This document shows positions 25,701 to 41,100 of a DNA stretch of 61,151 bases, piece after piece. The DNA comes from Azolla caroliniana. Lineage: Eukaryota; Plantae; Polypodiophyta. Where the stretch lies: positions 1-61,151 of the forward strand of contig JBHGNT010000175.1 of the NCBI GenBank assembly GCA_043228905.1, given 5' to 3'. Each line of letters begins with the position of its first letter. The stretch's first letter is position 1. The position numbers were made by a program, and so were the translations under genes. The notes beneath the pieces are model-generated. The model was not told where the DNA came from and did no database searches. It saw only the letters and a list, made by a program, of their open reading frames with translations.

Positions 25701-28700
25701 TGAGTTTCAAAATCTTGATTTTTTAATTCCATATCATAGCTAGCGTTGTTAGCTTCGATTCGCATGTTTGAACGCAAAAATCCGATATCACACGAACCAG
25801 GTATGAACATTTTAATTTACCTACAAGCTCTTCCCAACTCACTCCTCAAATTTGGTAATTTCGTCATATCTCTCGACCTGAATTTCAAAATCTTGATTTT
25901 TTAATTCCATATCATAGCTAGCGTTGTTAGCTTCGATTCGCATGCTTGAACACAGAAATCCGATATCACACTCCCCAGGTATGAACATTTTAATTTACTC
26001 AAGGGCTCCTCTGAACTCCCTCCTCATGTTTGGTAATTTCGTCATGTCTCTCGACCTGAGTTTCAAAATCTTGATTTTTTAATTCCATATCATAGCTAGC
26101 GTTGTTAGCTTCGATTCGCATGTTTGAACACAAAAATCCGATATCACACGAGCCAGGTATGAACATTTTAATTTAGTCAAGGGCTCCTCTGAACTCCCTC
26201 CTCATGTTTGGTAATTTCGTCATGTCTCTCGACCTGAGTTTAAAAATCTTGATTTTATAATTCCATATCGTAGCTAGCGTTGTTAGCTTCGATTCGCATG
26301 TTTGAACACAAAAATCCGATATCACACGAGCCAGGTATGAACATTTTAATTTAGTCAAGGGCTCCTCTGAACTCCCTCCTCATGTTTGGTAATTTCGTCA
26401 TGTCTCTCGACCTGAGTTTAAAAATCTTGATTTTTTAATTCCATATCATAGCTAGCGTTGTTAGCTTCGATTCGCATGTTTGAACACAAAAATCCGATAT
26501 CACACGAGCCAGGTATGAACATTTTAATTTACCTACAAGCCCTTCCCAACTCAGTCCTCAAATTTGGTAATTTCGTCATATCTCTCGACCTGAGTTTCAA
26601 AATCTTGATTTTTTAATTCCATATCATAGCTAGCGTTGTTAGCTTCGATTCGCATGTTTGAACACAAAAATCCGATATCACACGAGCCAGGTATGAACAT
26701 TTTAATTTACCTACTAGCTCTTCCCAACTCACTCCTCAAATTTGGTAATTTCGTCATGTCTCTCGACCTGAGTTTCAAAATCTTGATTTTTTAATTCCAT
26801 ATCATAGCTAGCATTGTTAGCTTCGATTCGCATGTTTGAACACAAAAATCCGATATCACACGAGCCAGGTATGAACATTTTAATTTACCTACTAGCTCTT
26901 CCCAACTCACTCCTCAAATTTGGTAATTTCGTCATGTCTCTCGACCTGAGTTTCAAAATCTTGATTTTTTAATTCCATATCATAGCTAGCGTTGTTAGCT
27001 TCGATTCGCATGCTTGAACACAGAAATCCGATATCACACTCCCCAGGTATGAACATTTTAATTTACTCAAGGGCTCCTCTGAACTCCCTCCTCATGTTTG
27101 GTAATTTCGTCATGTCTCTCGACCTGAGTTTCAAAATCTTGATTTTTTAATTCCATATCATAGCTAGCATTGTTAGCTTCGATTCGCATGTTTGAACACA
27201 AAAATCCGATATCACACGAGCCAGGTATGAACATTTTAATTTACCTACAAGCTCTTCCCAACTCACTCCTCAAATTTGGTAATTTCGTCATATCTCTCGA
27301 CCTGAATTTCAAAATCTTGATTTTTTAATTCCATATCATAGCTAGCATTGTTAGCTTCGATTCGCATGTTTGAACACAAAAATCCGATATCACACGAGCC
27401 AGGTATGAACATTTTAATTTAGTCAAGGGCTCCTCTGAACTCCCTCCTCATGTTTGGTAATTTCGTCATGTCTCTCGACCTGAGTTTAAAAATCTTGATT
27501 TTTTAATTCCATATCATAGCTAGCGTTGTTAGCTTCGATTCGCATGTTTGAACACAAAAATCCGATATCACACGAGCCAGGTATGAACATTTTAATTTAC
27601 CTACAAGCCCTTCCCAACTCAGTCCTCAAATTTGGTAATTTCGTCATATCTCTCGACCTGAGTTTCAAAATCTTGATTTTTTAATTCCATATCATAGCTA
27701 GCGTTGTTAGCTTCGATTCGCATGTTTGAACACAAAAATCCGATATCACACGAGCCAGGTATGAACATTTTAATTTACCTACTAGCTCTTCCCAACTCAC
27801 TCCTCAAATTTGGTAATTTCGTCATGTCTCTCGACCTGAGTTTCAAAATCTTGATTTTTTAATTCCATATCATAGCTAGCATTGTTAGCTTCGATTCGCA
27901 TGTTTGAACACAAAAATCCGATATCACACGAGCCAGGTATGAACATTTTAATTTACCTACAAGCTCTTCCCAACTCACTCCTCAAATTTGGTAATTTCGT
28001 CATATCTCTCGACCTGAATTTCAAAATCTTGATTTTTTAATTCCATATCATAGCTAGCGTTGTTAGCTTCGATTCGCATGCTTGAACACAGAAATCCGAT
28101 ATCACACTCCCCAGGTATGAACATTTTAATTTACTCAAGGGCTCCTCTGAACTCCCTCCTCATGTTTGGTAATTTCGTCATGTCTCTCGACCTGAGTTTC
28201 AAAATCTTGATTTTTTAATTCCATATCATAGCTAGCATTGTTAGCTTCGATTCGCATGTTTGAACACAAAAATCCGATATCACACGAGCCAGGTATGAAC
28301 ATTTTAATTTACCTACAAGCTCTTCCCAACTCACTCCTCAAATTTGGTAATTTCGTCATATCTCTCGACCTGAGTTTCAAAATCTTGATTTTTTAATTCC
28401 ATATCATAGCTAGCGTTGTTAGCTTCGATTCGCATGTTTGAACGCAAAAATCCGATATCACACGAACCAGGTATGAACATTTTAATTTACCTACAAGCTC
28501 TTCCCAACTCACTCCTCAAATTTGGTAATTTCGTCATATCTCTCGACCTGAATTTCAAAATCTTGATTTTTTAATTCCATATCATAGCTAGCGTTGTTAG
28601 CTTCGATTCGCATGCTTGAACACAGAAATCCGATATCACACTCCCCAGGTATGAACATTTTAATTTACTCAAGGGCTCCTCTGAACTCCCTCCTCATGTT

Positions 28701-31700
28701 TGGTAATTTCGTCATGTCTCTCGACCTGAGTTTCAAAATCTTGATTTTTTAATTCCATATCATAGCTAGCGTTGTTAGCTTCGATTCGCATGTTTGAACA
28801 CAAAAATCCGATATCACACGAGCCAGGTATGAACATTTTAATTTAGTCAAGGGCTCCTCTGAACTCCCTCCTCATGTTTGGTAATTTCGTCATGTCTCTC
28901 GACCTGAGTTTAAAAATCTTGATTTTTTAATTCCATATCGTAGCTAGCGTTGTTAGCTTCGATTCGCATGTTTGAACACAAAAATCCGATATCACACGAG
29001 CCAGGTATGAACATTTTAATTTACCTACAAGCTCTTCCCAACTCACTCCTCAAATTTGGTAATTTCGTCATATCTCTCGACCTGAGTTTCAAAATCTTGA
29101 TTTTTTAATTCCATATCATAGCTAGCATTGTTAGCTTCGATTCGCATGCTTGAACACAAAAATCCGATATCACACTCCCCAGGTATGAACATTTTAATTT
29201 ACTCAAGGGCTCCTCTGAACTCCCTCCTCATGTTTGGTAATTTCGTCATGTCTCTCGACCTGAGTTTCAAAATCTTGATTTTTTAATTCCATATCATAGC
29301 TAGCGTTGTTAGCTTCGATTCGCATGTTTGAACACAAAAATCCGATATCACACGAGCCAGGTATGAACATTTTAATTTACCTACAAGCCCTTCCCAACTC
29401 AGTCCTCAAATTTGGTAATTTCGTCATATCTCTCGACCTGAGTTTCAAAATCTTGATTTTTTAATTCCATATCATAGCTAGCGTTGTTAGCTTCGATTCG
29501 CATGTTTGAACACAAAAATCCGATATCACACGAGCCAGGTATGAACATTTTAATTTACCTACTAGCTCTTCCCAACTCACTCCTCAAATTTGGTAATTTC
29601 GTCATGTCTCTCGACCTGAGTTTCAAAATCTTGATTTTTTAATTCCATATCATAGCTAGCATTGTTAGCTTCGATTCGCATGTTTGAACACAAAAATCCG
29701 ATATCACACGAGCCAGGTATGAACATTTTAATTTACCTACAAGCTCTTCCCAACTCACTCCTCAAATTTGGTAATTTCGTCATATCTCTCGACCTGAATT
29801 TCAAAATCTTGATTTTTTAATTCCATATCATAGCTAGCGTTGTTAGCTTCGATTCGCATGCTTGAACACAGAAATCCGATATCACACTCCCCAGGTATGA
29901 ACATTTTAATTTACTCAAGGGCTCCTCTGAACTCCCTCCTCATGTTTGGTAATTTCGTCATGTCTCTCGACCTGAGTTTCAAAATCTTGATTTTTTAATT
30001 CCATATCATAGCTAGCGTTGTTAGCTTCGATTCGCATGTTTGAACACAAAAATCCGATATCACACGAGCCAGGTATGAACATTTTAATTTACCTACAAGC
30101 CCTTCCCAACTCAGTCCTCAAATTTGGTAATTTCGTCATATCTCTCGACCTGAGTTTCAAAATCTTGATTTTTTAATTCCATATCATAGCTAGCGTTGTT
30201 AGCTTCGATTCGCATGTTTGAACACAAAAATCCGATATCACACGAGCCAGGTATGAACATTTTAATTTACCTACTAGCTCTTCCCAACTCACTCCTCAAA
30301 TTTGGTAATTTCGTCATGTCTCTCGACCTGAGTTTCAAAATCTTGATTTTTTAATTCCATATCATAGCTAGCATTGTTAGCTTCGATTCGCATGTTTGAA
30401 CACAAAAATCCGATATCACACGAGCCAGGTATGAACATTTTAATTTACCTACAAGCTCTTCCCAACTCACTCCTCAAATTTGGTAATTTCGTCATATCTC
30501 TCGACCTGAATTTCAAAATCTTGATTTTTTAATTCCATATCATAGCTAGCGTTGTTAGCTTCGATTCGCATGCTTGAACACAGAAATCCGATATCACACT
30601 CCCCAGGTATGAACATTTTAATTTACTCAAGGGCTCCTCTGAACTCCCTCCTCATGTTTGGTAATTTCGTCATGTCTCTCGACCTGAGTTTCAAAATCTT
30701 GATTTTTTAATTCCATATCATAGCTAGCATTGTTAGCTTCGATTCGCATGTTTGAACACAAAAATCCGATATCACACGAGCCAGGTATGAACATTTTAAT
30801 TTACCTACAAGCTCTTCCCAACTCACTCCTCAAATTTGGTAATTTCGTCATATCTCTCGACCTGAGTTTCAAAATCTTGATTTTTTAATTCCATATCATA
30901 GCTAGCGTTGTTAGCTTCGATTCGCATGTTTGAACGCAAAAATCCGATATCACACGAACCAGGTATGAACATTTTAATTTACCTACAAGCTCTTCCCAAC
31001 TCACTCCTCAAATTTGGTAATTTCGTCATATCTCTCGACCTGAATTTCAAAATCTTGATTTTTTAATTCCATATCATAGCTAGCGTTGTTAGCTTCGATT
31101 CGCATGCTTGAACACAGAAATCCGATATCACACTCCCCAGGTATGAACATTTTAATTTACTCAAGGGCTCCTCTGAACTCCCTCCTCATGTTTGGTAATT
31201 TCGTCATGTCTCTCGACCTGAGTTTCAAAATCTTGATTTTTTAATTCCATATCATAGCTAGCGTTGTTAGCTTCGATTCGCATGTTTGAACACAAAAATC
31301 CGATATCACACGAGCCAGGTATGAACATTTTAATTTAGTCAAGGGCTCCTCTGAACTCCCTCCTCATGTTTGGTAATTTCGTCATGTCTCTCGACCTGAG
31401 TTTAAAAATCTTGATTTTATAATTCCATATCGTAGCTAGCGTTGTTAGCTTCGATTCGCATGTTTGAACACAAAAATCCGATATCACACGAGCCAGGTAT
31501 GAACATTTTAATTTAGTCAAGGGCTCCTCTGAACTCCCTCCTCATGTTTGGTAATTTCGTCATGTCTCTCGACCTGAGTTTAAAAATCTTGATTTTTTAA
31601 TTCCATATCATAGCTAGCGTTGTTAGCTTCGATTCGCATGTTTGAACACAAAAATCCGATATCACACGAGCCAGGTATGAACATTTTAATTTACCTACAA

Positions 31701-34700
31701 GCCCTTCCCAACTCAGTCCTCAAATTTGGTAATTTCGTCATATCTCTCGACCTGAGTTTCAAAATCTTGATTTTTTAATTCCATATCATAGCTAGCGTTG
31801 TTAGCTTCGATTCGCATGTTTGAACACAAAAATCCGATATCACACGAGCCAGGTATGAACATTTTAATTTACCTACTAGCTCTTCCCAACTCACTCCTCA
31901 AATTTGGTAATTTCGTCATGTCTCTCGACCTGAGTTTCAAAATCTTGATTTTTTAATTCCATATCATAGCTAGCATTGTTAGCTTCGATTCGCATGTTTG
32001 AACACAAAAATCCGATATCACACGAGCCAGGTATGAACATTTTAATTTACCTACTAGCTCTTCCCAACTCACTCCTCAAATTTGGTAATTTCGTCATGTC
32101 TCTCGACCTGAGTTTCAAAATCTTGATTTTTTAATTCCATATCATAGCTAGCGTTGTTAGCTTCGATTCGCATGCTTGAACACAGAAATCCGATATCACA
32201 CTCCCCAGGTATGAACATTTTAATTTACTCAAGGGCTCCTCTGAACTCCCTCCTCATGTTTGGTAATTTCGTCATGTCTCTCGACCTGAGTTTCAAAATC
32301 TTGATTTTTTAATTCCATATCATAGCTAGCATTGTTAGCTTCGATTCGCATGTTTGAACACAAAAATCCGATATCACACGAGCCAGGTATGAACATTTTA
32401 ATTTACCTACAAGCTCTTCCCAACTCACTCCTCAAATTTGGTAATTTCGTCATATCTCTCGACCTGAATTTCAAAATCTTGATTTTTTAATTCCATATCA
32501 TAGCTAGCATTGTTAGCTTCGATTCGCATGTTTGAACACAAAAATCCGATATCACACGAGCCAGGTATGAACATTTTAATTTAGTCAAGGGCTCCTCTGA
32601 ACTCCCTCCTCATGTTTGGTAATTTCGTCATGTCTCTCGACCTGAGTTTAAAAATCTTGATTTTTTAATTCCATATCATAGCTAGCGTTGTTAGCTTCGA
32701 TTCGCATGTTTGAACACAAAAATCCGATATCACACGAGCCAGGTATGAACATTTTAATTTACCTACAAGCCCTTCCCAACTCAGTCCTCAAATTTGGTAA
32801 TTTCGTCATATCTCTCGACCTGAGTTTCAAAATCTTGATTTTTTAATTCCATATCATAGCTAGCGTTGTTAGCTTCGATTCGCATGTTTGAACACAAAAA
32901 TCCGATATCACACGAGCCAGGTATGAACATTTTAATTTACCTACTAGCTCTTCCCAACTCACTCCTCAAATTTGGTAATTTCGTCATGTCTCTCGACCTG
33001 AGTTTCAAAATCTTGATTTTTTAATTCCATATCATAGCTAGCATTGTTAGCTTCGATTCGCATGTTTGAACACAAAAATCCGATATCACACGAGCCAGGT
33101 ATGAACATTTTAATTTACCTACAAGCTCTTCCCAACTCACTCCTCAAATTTGGTAATTTCGTCATATCTCTCGACCTGAATTTCAAAATCTTGATTTTTT
33201 AATTCCATATCATAGCTAGCGTTGTTAGCTTCGATTCGCATGCTTGAACACAGAAATCCGATATCACACTCCCCAGGTATGAACATTTTAATTTACTCAA
33301 GGGCTCCTCTGAACTCCCTCCTCATGTTTGGTAATTTCGTCATGTCTCTCGACCTGAGTTTCAAAATCTTGATTTTTTAATTCCATATCATAGCTAGCAT
33401 TGTTAGCTTCGATTCGCATGTTTGAACACAAAAATCCGATATCACACGAGCCAGGTATGAACATTTTAATTTACCTACAAGCTCTTCCCAACTCACTCCT
33501 CAAATTTGGTAATTTCGTCATATCTCTCGACCTGAGTTTCAAAATCTTGATTTTTTAATTCCATATCATAGCTAGCGTTGTTAGCTTCGATTCGCATGTT
33601 TGAACGCAAAAATCCGATATCACACGAACCAGGTATGAACATTTTAATTTACCTACAAGCTCTTCCCAACTCACTCCTCAAATTTGGTAATTTCGTCATA
33701 TCTCTCGACCTGAATTTCAAAATCTTGATTTTTTAATTCCATATCATAGCTAGCGTTGTTAGCTTCGATTCGCATGCTTGAACACAGAAATCCGATATCA
33801 CACTCCCCAGGTATGAACATTTTAATTTACTCAAGGGCTCCTCTGAACTCCCTCCTCATGTTTGGTAATTTCGTCATGTCTCTCGACCTGAGTTTCAAAA
33901 TCTTGATTTTTTAATTCCATATCATAGCTAGCGTTGTTAGCTTCGATTCGCATGTTTGAACACAAAAATCCGATATCACACGAGCCAGGTATGAACATTT
34001 TAATTTAGTCAAGGGCTCCTCTGAACTCCCTCCTCATGTTTGGTAATTTCGTCATGTCTCTCGACCTGAGTTTAAAAATCTTGATTTTTTAATTCCATAT
34101 CGTAGCTAGCGTTGTTAGCTTCGATTCGCATGTTTGAACACAAAAATCCGATATCACACGAGCCAGGTATGAACATTTTAATTTACCTACAAGCTCTTCC
34201 CAACTCACTCCTCAAATTTGGTAATTTCGTCATATCTCTCGACCTGAGTTTCAAAATCTTGATTTTTTAATTCCATATCATAGCTAGCATTGTTAGCTTC
34301 GATTCGCATGCTTGAACACAAAAATCCGATATCACACTCCCCAGGTATGAACATTTTAATTTACTCAAGGGCTCCTCTGAACTCCCTCCTCATGTTTGGT
34401 AATTTCGTCATGTCTCTCGACCTGAGTTTCAAAATCTTGATTTTTTAATTCCATATCATAGCTAGCGTTGTTAGCTTCGATTCGCATGTTTGAACACAAA
34501 AATCCGATATCACACGAGCCAGGTATGAACATTTTAATTTACCTACAAGCCCTTCCCAACTCAGTCCTCAAATTTGGTAATTTCGTCATATCTCTCGACC
34601 TGAGTTTCAAAATCTTGATTTTTTAATTCCATATCATAGCTAGCGTTGTTAGCTTCGATTCGCATGTTTGAACACAAAAATCCGATATCACACGAGCCAG

Positions 34701-35178
34701 GTATGAACATTTTAATTTACCTACTAGCTCTTCCCAACTCACTCCTCAAATTTGGTAATTTCGTCATGTCTCTCGACCTGAGTTTCAAAATCTTGATTTT
34801 TTAATTCCATATCATAGCTAGCATTGTTAGCTTCGATTCGCATGTTTGAACACAAAAATCCGATATCACACGAGCCAGGTATGAACATTTTAATTTACCT
34901 ACAAGCTCTTCCCAACTCACTCCTCAAATTTGGTAATTTCGTCATATCTCTCGACCTGAATTTCAAAATCTTGATTTTTTAATTCCATATCATAGCTAGC
35001 GTTGTTAGCTTCGATTCGCATGCTTGAACACAGAAATCCGATATCACACTCCCCAGGTATGAACATTTTAATTTACTCAAGGGCTCCTCTGAACTCCCTC
35101 CTCATGTTTGGTAATTTCGTCATGTCTCTCGACCTGAGTTTCAAAATCTTGATTTTTTAATTCCATATCATAGCTAGC
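24710..35178 (+). repeat. 29-monomer tandem duplication (period 5162 bp)
   Basis: The private GATTTTATAATTCC variant (ORFs at 26173 and 31335) and AACGC markers 25771/30933 and 28441/33603 are all 5162 bp apart. Confidence 0.87.
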
Positions 35179-38100
35179 ATTGTTAGCTTCGATTCGCATG
35201 TTTGAACACAAAAATCCGATATCACACGAGCCAGGTATGAACATTTTAATTTACCTACAAGCTCTTCCCAACTCACTCCTCAAATTTGGTAATTTCGTCA
35301 TATCTCTCGACCTGAGTTTCAAAATCTTGATTTTTTAATTCCATATCATAGCTAGCGTTGTTAGCTTCGATTCGCATGTTTGAACGCAAAAATCCGATAT
35401 CACACGAACCAGGTATGAACATTTTAATTTACCTACAAGCTCTTCCCAACTCACTCCTCAAATTTGGTAATTTCGTCATATCTCTCGACCTGAATTTCAA
35501 AATCTTGATTTTTTAATTCCATATCATAGCTAGCGTTGTTAGCTTCGATTCGCATGCTTGAACACAGAAATCCGATATCACACTCCCCAGGTATGAACAT
35601 TTTAATTTACTCAAGGGCTCCTCTGAACTCCCTCCTCATGTTTGGTAATTTCGTCATGTCTCTCGACCTGAGTTTCAAAATCTTGATTTTTTAATTCCAT
35701 ATCATAGCTAGCGTTGTTAGCTTCGATTCGCATGTTTGAACACAAAAATCCGATATCACACGAGCTAGGTATGAACATTTTAATTTAGTCAAGGGCTCCT
35801 CTGAACTCCCTCCTCATGTTTGGTAATTTCGTCATGTCTCTCGACCTGAGTTTAAAAATCTTGATTTTTTAATTCCATATCGTAGCTAGCGTTGTTAGCT
35901 TCGATTCGCATGTTTGAACACAAAAATCCGATATCACACGAGCCAGGTATGAACATTTTAATTTACCTACAAGCTCTTCCCAACTCACTCCTCAAATTTG
36001 GTAATCTCGTCATATCTCTCGACCTGAGTTTCAAAATCTTGATTTTTTAATTCCATATCATAGCTAGCGTTGTTAGCTTCGATTCGCATGTTTGAACACA
36101 AAAATCCGATATCACACGAGCCAGGTATGAACATTTTAATTTACCTACAAGCCCTTCCCAACTCACTCCTCAAATTTGGTAATTTCGTCATATCTCTCGA
36201 CCTGAGTTTCAAAATCTTGATTTTTTAATTCCATATCATAGCTAGCGTTGTTAGCTTCGATTCGCATGTTTGAACACAAAAATCCGATATCACACGAGCC
36301 AGGTATGAACATTTTAATTTACCTACAAGCCCTTCCCAACTCACTCCTCAAATTTGGTAATTTCGTCATATCTCTCGACCTGAGTTTCAAAATCTTGATT
36401 TTTTAATTCCATATCATAGCTAGCGTTGTTAGCTTCGATTCGCATGTTTGAACACAAAAATCCGATATCACACGAGCCAGGTATGAACATTTTAATTTAC
36501 CTACTAGCTCTTCCCAACTCACTCCTCAAATTTGGTAATTTCGTCATGTCTCTCGACCTGAGTTTCAAAATCTTGATTTTTTAATTCCATATCATAGCTA
36601 GCATTGTTAGCTTCGATTCGCATGTTTGAACACAAAAATCCGATATCACACGAGCCAGGTATGAACATTTTAATTTACCTACAAGCTCTTCCCAACTCAC
36701 TCCTCAAATTTGGTAATTTCGTCATATCTCTCGACCTGAGTTTCAAAATCTTGATTTTTTAATTCCATATCATAGCTAGCGTTGTTAGCTTCGATTCGCA
36801 TGTTTGAACGCAAAAATCCGATATCACACGAACCAGGTATGAACATTTTAATTTACCTACAAGCTCTTCCCAACTCACTCCTCAAATTTGGTAATTTCGT
36901 CATATCTCTCGACCTGAATTTCAAAATCTTGATTTTTTAATTCCATATCATAGCTAGCGTTGTTAGCTTCGATTCGCATGCTTGAACACAGAAATCCGAT
37001 ATCACACTCCCCAGGTATGAACATTTTAATTTACTCAAGGGCTCCTCTGAACTCCCTCCTCATGTTTGGTAATTTCGTCATGTCTCTCGACCTGAGTTTC
37101 AAAATCTTGATTTTTTAATTCCATATCATAGCTAGCGTTGTTAGCTTCGATTCGCATGTTTGAACACAAAAATCCGATATCACACGAGCCAGGTATGAAC
37201 ATTTTAATTTAGTCAAGGGCTCCTCTGAACTCCCTCCTCATGTTTGGTAATTTCGTCATGTCTCTCGACCTGAGTTTAAAAATCTTGATTTTTTAATTCC
37301 ATATCGTAGCTAGCGTTGTTAGCTTCGATTCGCATGTTTGAACACAAAAATCCGATATCACACGAGCCAGGTATGAACATTTTAATTTACCTACAAGCTC
37401 TTCCCAACTCACTCCTCAAATTTGGTAATTTCGTCATATCTCTCGACCTGAGTTTCAAAATCTTGATTTTTTAATTCCATATCATAGCTAGCATTGTTAG
37501 CTTCGATTCGCATGCTTGAACACAAAAATCCGATATCACACTCCCCAGGTATGAACATTTTAATTTACTCAAGGGCTCCTCTGAACTCCCTCCTCATGTT
37601 TGGTAATTTCGTCATGTCTCTCGACCTGAGTTTCAAAATCTTGATTTTTTAATTCCATATCATAGCTAGCGTTGTTAGCTTCGATTCGCATGTTTGAACA
37701 CAAAAATCCGATATCACACGAGCCAGGTATGAACATTTTAATTTACCTACAAGCCCTTCCCAACTCAGTCCTCAAATTTGGTAATTTCGTCATATCTCTC
37801 GACCTGAGTTTCAAAATCTTGATTTTTTAATTCCATATCATAGCTAGCGTTGTTAGCTTCGATTCGCATGTTTGAACACAAAAATCCGATATCACACGAG
37901 CCAGGTATGAACATTTTAATTTACCTACTAGCTCTTCCCAACTCACTCCTCAAATTTGGTAATTTCGTCATGTCTCTCGACCTGAGTTTCAAAATCTTGA
38001 TTTTTTAATTCCATATCATAGCTAGCATTGTTAGCTTCGATTCGCATGTTTGAACACAAAAATCCGATATCACACGAGCCAGGTATGAACATTTTAATTT

Positions 38101-41100
38101 ACCTACAAGCTCTTCCCAACTCACTCCTCAAATTTGGTAATTTCGTCATATCTCTCGACCTGAATTTCAAAATCTTGATTTTTTAATTCCATATCATAGC
38201 TAGCGTTGTTAGCTTCGATTCGCATGCTTGAACACAGAAATCCGATATCACACTCCCCAGGTATGAACATTTTAATTTACTCAAGGGCTCCTCTGAACTC
38301 CCTCCTCATGTTTGGTAATTTCGTCATGTCTCTCGACCTGAGTTTCAAAATCTTGATTTTTTAATTCCATATCATAGCTAGCATTGTTAGCTTCGATTCG
38401 CATGTTTGAACACAAAAATCCGATATCACACGAGCCAGGTATGAACATTTTAATTTACCTACAAGCTCTTCCCAACTCACTCCTCAAATTTGGTAATTTC
38501 GTCATATCTCTCGACCTGAGTTTCAAAATCTTGATTTTTTAATTCCATATCATAGCTAGCGTTGTTAGCTTCGATTCGCATGTTTGAACGCAAAAATCCG
38601 ATATCACACGAACCAGGTATGAACATTTTAATTTACCTACAAGCTCTTCCCAACTCACTCCTCAAATTTGGTAATTTCGTCATATCTCTCGACCTGAATT
38701 TCAAAATCTTGATTTTTTAATTCCATATCATAGCTAGCGTTGTTAGCTTCGATTCGCATGCTTGAACACAGAAATCCGATATCACACTCCCCAGGTATGA
38801 ACATTTTAATTTACTCAAGGGCTCCTCTGAACTCCCTCCTCATGTTTGGTAATTTCGTCATGTCTCTCGACCTGAGTTTCAAAATCTTGATTTTTTAATT
38901 CCATATCATAGCTAGCGTTGTTAGCTTCGATTCGCATGTTTGAACACAAAAATCCGATATCACACGAGCCAGGTATGAACATTTTAATTTAGTCAAGGGC
39001 TCCTCTGAACTCCCTCCTCATGTTTGGTAATTTCGTCATGTCTCTCGACCTGAGTTTAAAAATCTTGATTTTTTAATTCCATATCGTAGCTAGCGTTGTT
39101 AGCTTCGATTCGCATGTTTGAACACAAAAATCCGATATCACACGAGCCAGGTATGAACATTTTAATTTACCTACAAGCTCTTCCCAACTCACTCCTCAAA
39201 TTTGGTAATCTCGTCATATCTCTCGACCTGAGTTTCAAAATCTTGATTTTTTAATTCCATATCATAGCTAGCGTTGTTAGCTTCGATTCGCATGTTTGAA
39301 CACAAAAATCCGATATCACACGAGCCAGGTATGAACATTTTAATTTACCTACAAGCCCTTCCCAACTCAGTCCTCAAATTTGGTAATTTCGTCATATCTC
39401 TCGACCTGAGTTTCAAAATCTTGATTTTTTAATTCCATATCATAGCTAGCGTTGTTAGCTTCGATTCGCATGTTTGAACACAAAAATCCGATATCACACG
39501 AGCCAGGTATGAACATTTTAATTTACCTACTAGCTCTTCCCAACTCACTCCTCAAATTTGGTAATTTCGTCATGTCTCTCGACCTGAGTTTCAAAATCTT
39601 GATTTTTTAATTCCATATCATAGCTAGCATTGTTAGCTTCGATTCGCATGTTTGAACACAAAAATCCGATATCACACGAGCCAGGTATGAACATTTTAAT
39701 TTACCTACAAGCTCTTCCCAACTCACTCCTCAAATTTGGTAATTTCGTCATATCTCTCGACCTGAATTTCAAAATCTTGATTTTTTAATTCCATATCATA
39801 GCTAGCGTTGTTAGCTTCGATTCGCATGCTTGAACACAGAAATCCGATATCACACTCCCCAGGTATGAACATTTTAATTTACTCAAGGGCTCCTCTGAAC
39901 TCCCTCCTCATGTTTGGTAATTTCGTCATGTCTCTCGACCTGAGTTTCAAAATCTTGATTTTTTAATTCCATATCATAGCTAGCATTGTTAGCTTCGATT
40001 CGCATGTTTGAACACAAAAATCCGATATCACACGAGCCAGGTATGAACATTTTAATTTACCTACAAGCTCTTCCCAACTCACTCCTCAAATTTGGTAATT
40101 TCGTCATATCTCTCGACCTGAATTTCAAAATCTTGATTTTTTAATTCCATATCATAGCTAGCATTGTTAGCTTCGATTCGCATGTTTGAACACAAAAATC
40201 CGATATCACACGAGCCAGGTATGAACATTTTAATTTAGTCAAGGGCTCCTCTGAACTCCCTCCTCATGTTTGGTAATTTCGTCATGTCTCTCGACCTGAG
40301 TTTAAAAATCTTGATTTTTTAATTCCATATCATAGCTAGCGTTGTTAGCTTCGATTCGCATGTTTGAACACAAAAATCCGATATCACACGAGCCAGGTAT
40401 GAACATTTTAATTTACCTACAAGCCCTTCCCAACTCAGTCCTCAAATTTGGTAATTTCGTCATATCTCTTGACCTGAGTTTCAAAATCTTGATTTTTTAA
40501 TTCCATATCATAGCTAGCGTTGTTAGCTTCGATTCGCATGTTTGAACACAAAAATCCGATATCACACGAGCCAGGTATGAACATTTTAATTTACCTACTA
40601 GCTCTTCCCAACTCACTCCTCAAATTTGGTAATTTCGTCATGTCTCTCGACCTGAGTTTCAAAATCTTGATTTTTTAATTCCATATCATAGCTAGCATTG
40701 TTAGCTTCGATTCGCATGTTTGAACACAAAAATCCGATATCACACGAGCCAGGTATGAACATTTTAATTTACCTACAAGCTCTTCCCAACTCACTCCTCA
40801 AATTTGGTAATTTCGTCATATCTCTCGACCTGAATTTCAAAATCTTGATTTTTTAATTCCATATCATAGCTAGCGTTGTTAGCTTCGATTCGCATGCTTG
40901 AACACAGAAATCCGATATCACACTCCCCAGGTATGAACATTTTAATTTACTCAAGGGCTCCTCTGAACTCCCTCCTCATGTTTGGTAATTTCGTCATGTC
41001 TCTCGACCTGAGTTTCAAAATCTTGATTTTTTAATTCCATATCATAGCTAGCATTGTTAGCTTCGATTCGCATGTTTGAACACAAAAATCCGATATCACA

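Noticed and set aside
26173-31520. Two 61-aa minus-strand ORFs
   Set aside because: They are created by the GATTTTATAA variant and copied with the 29-mer duplication.
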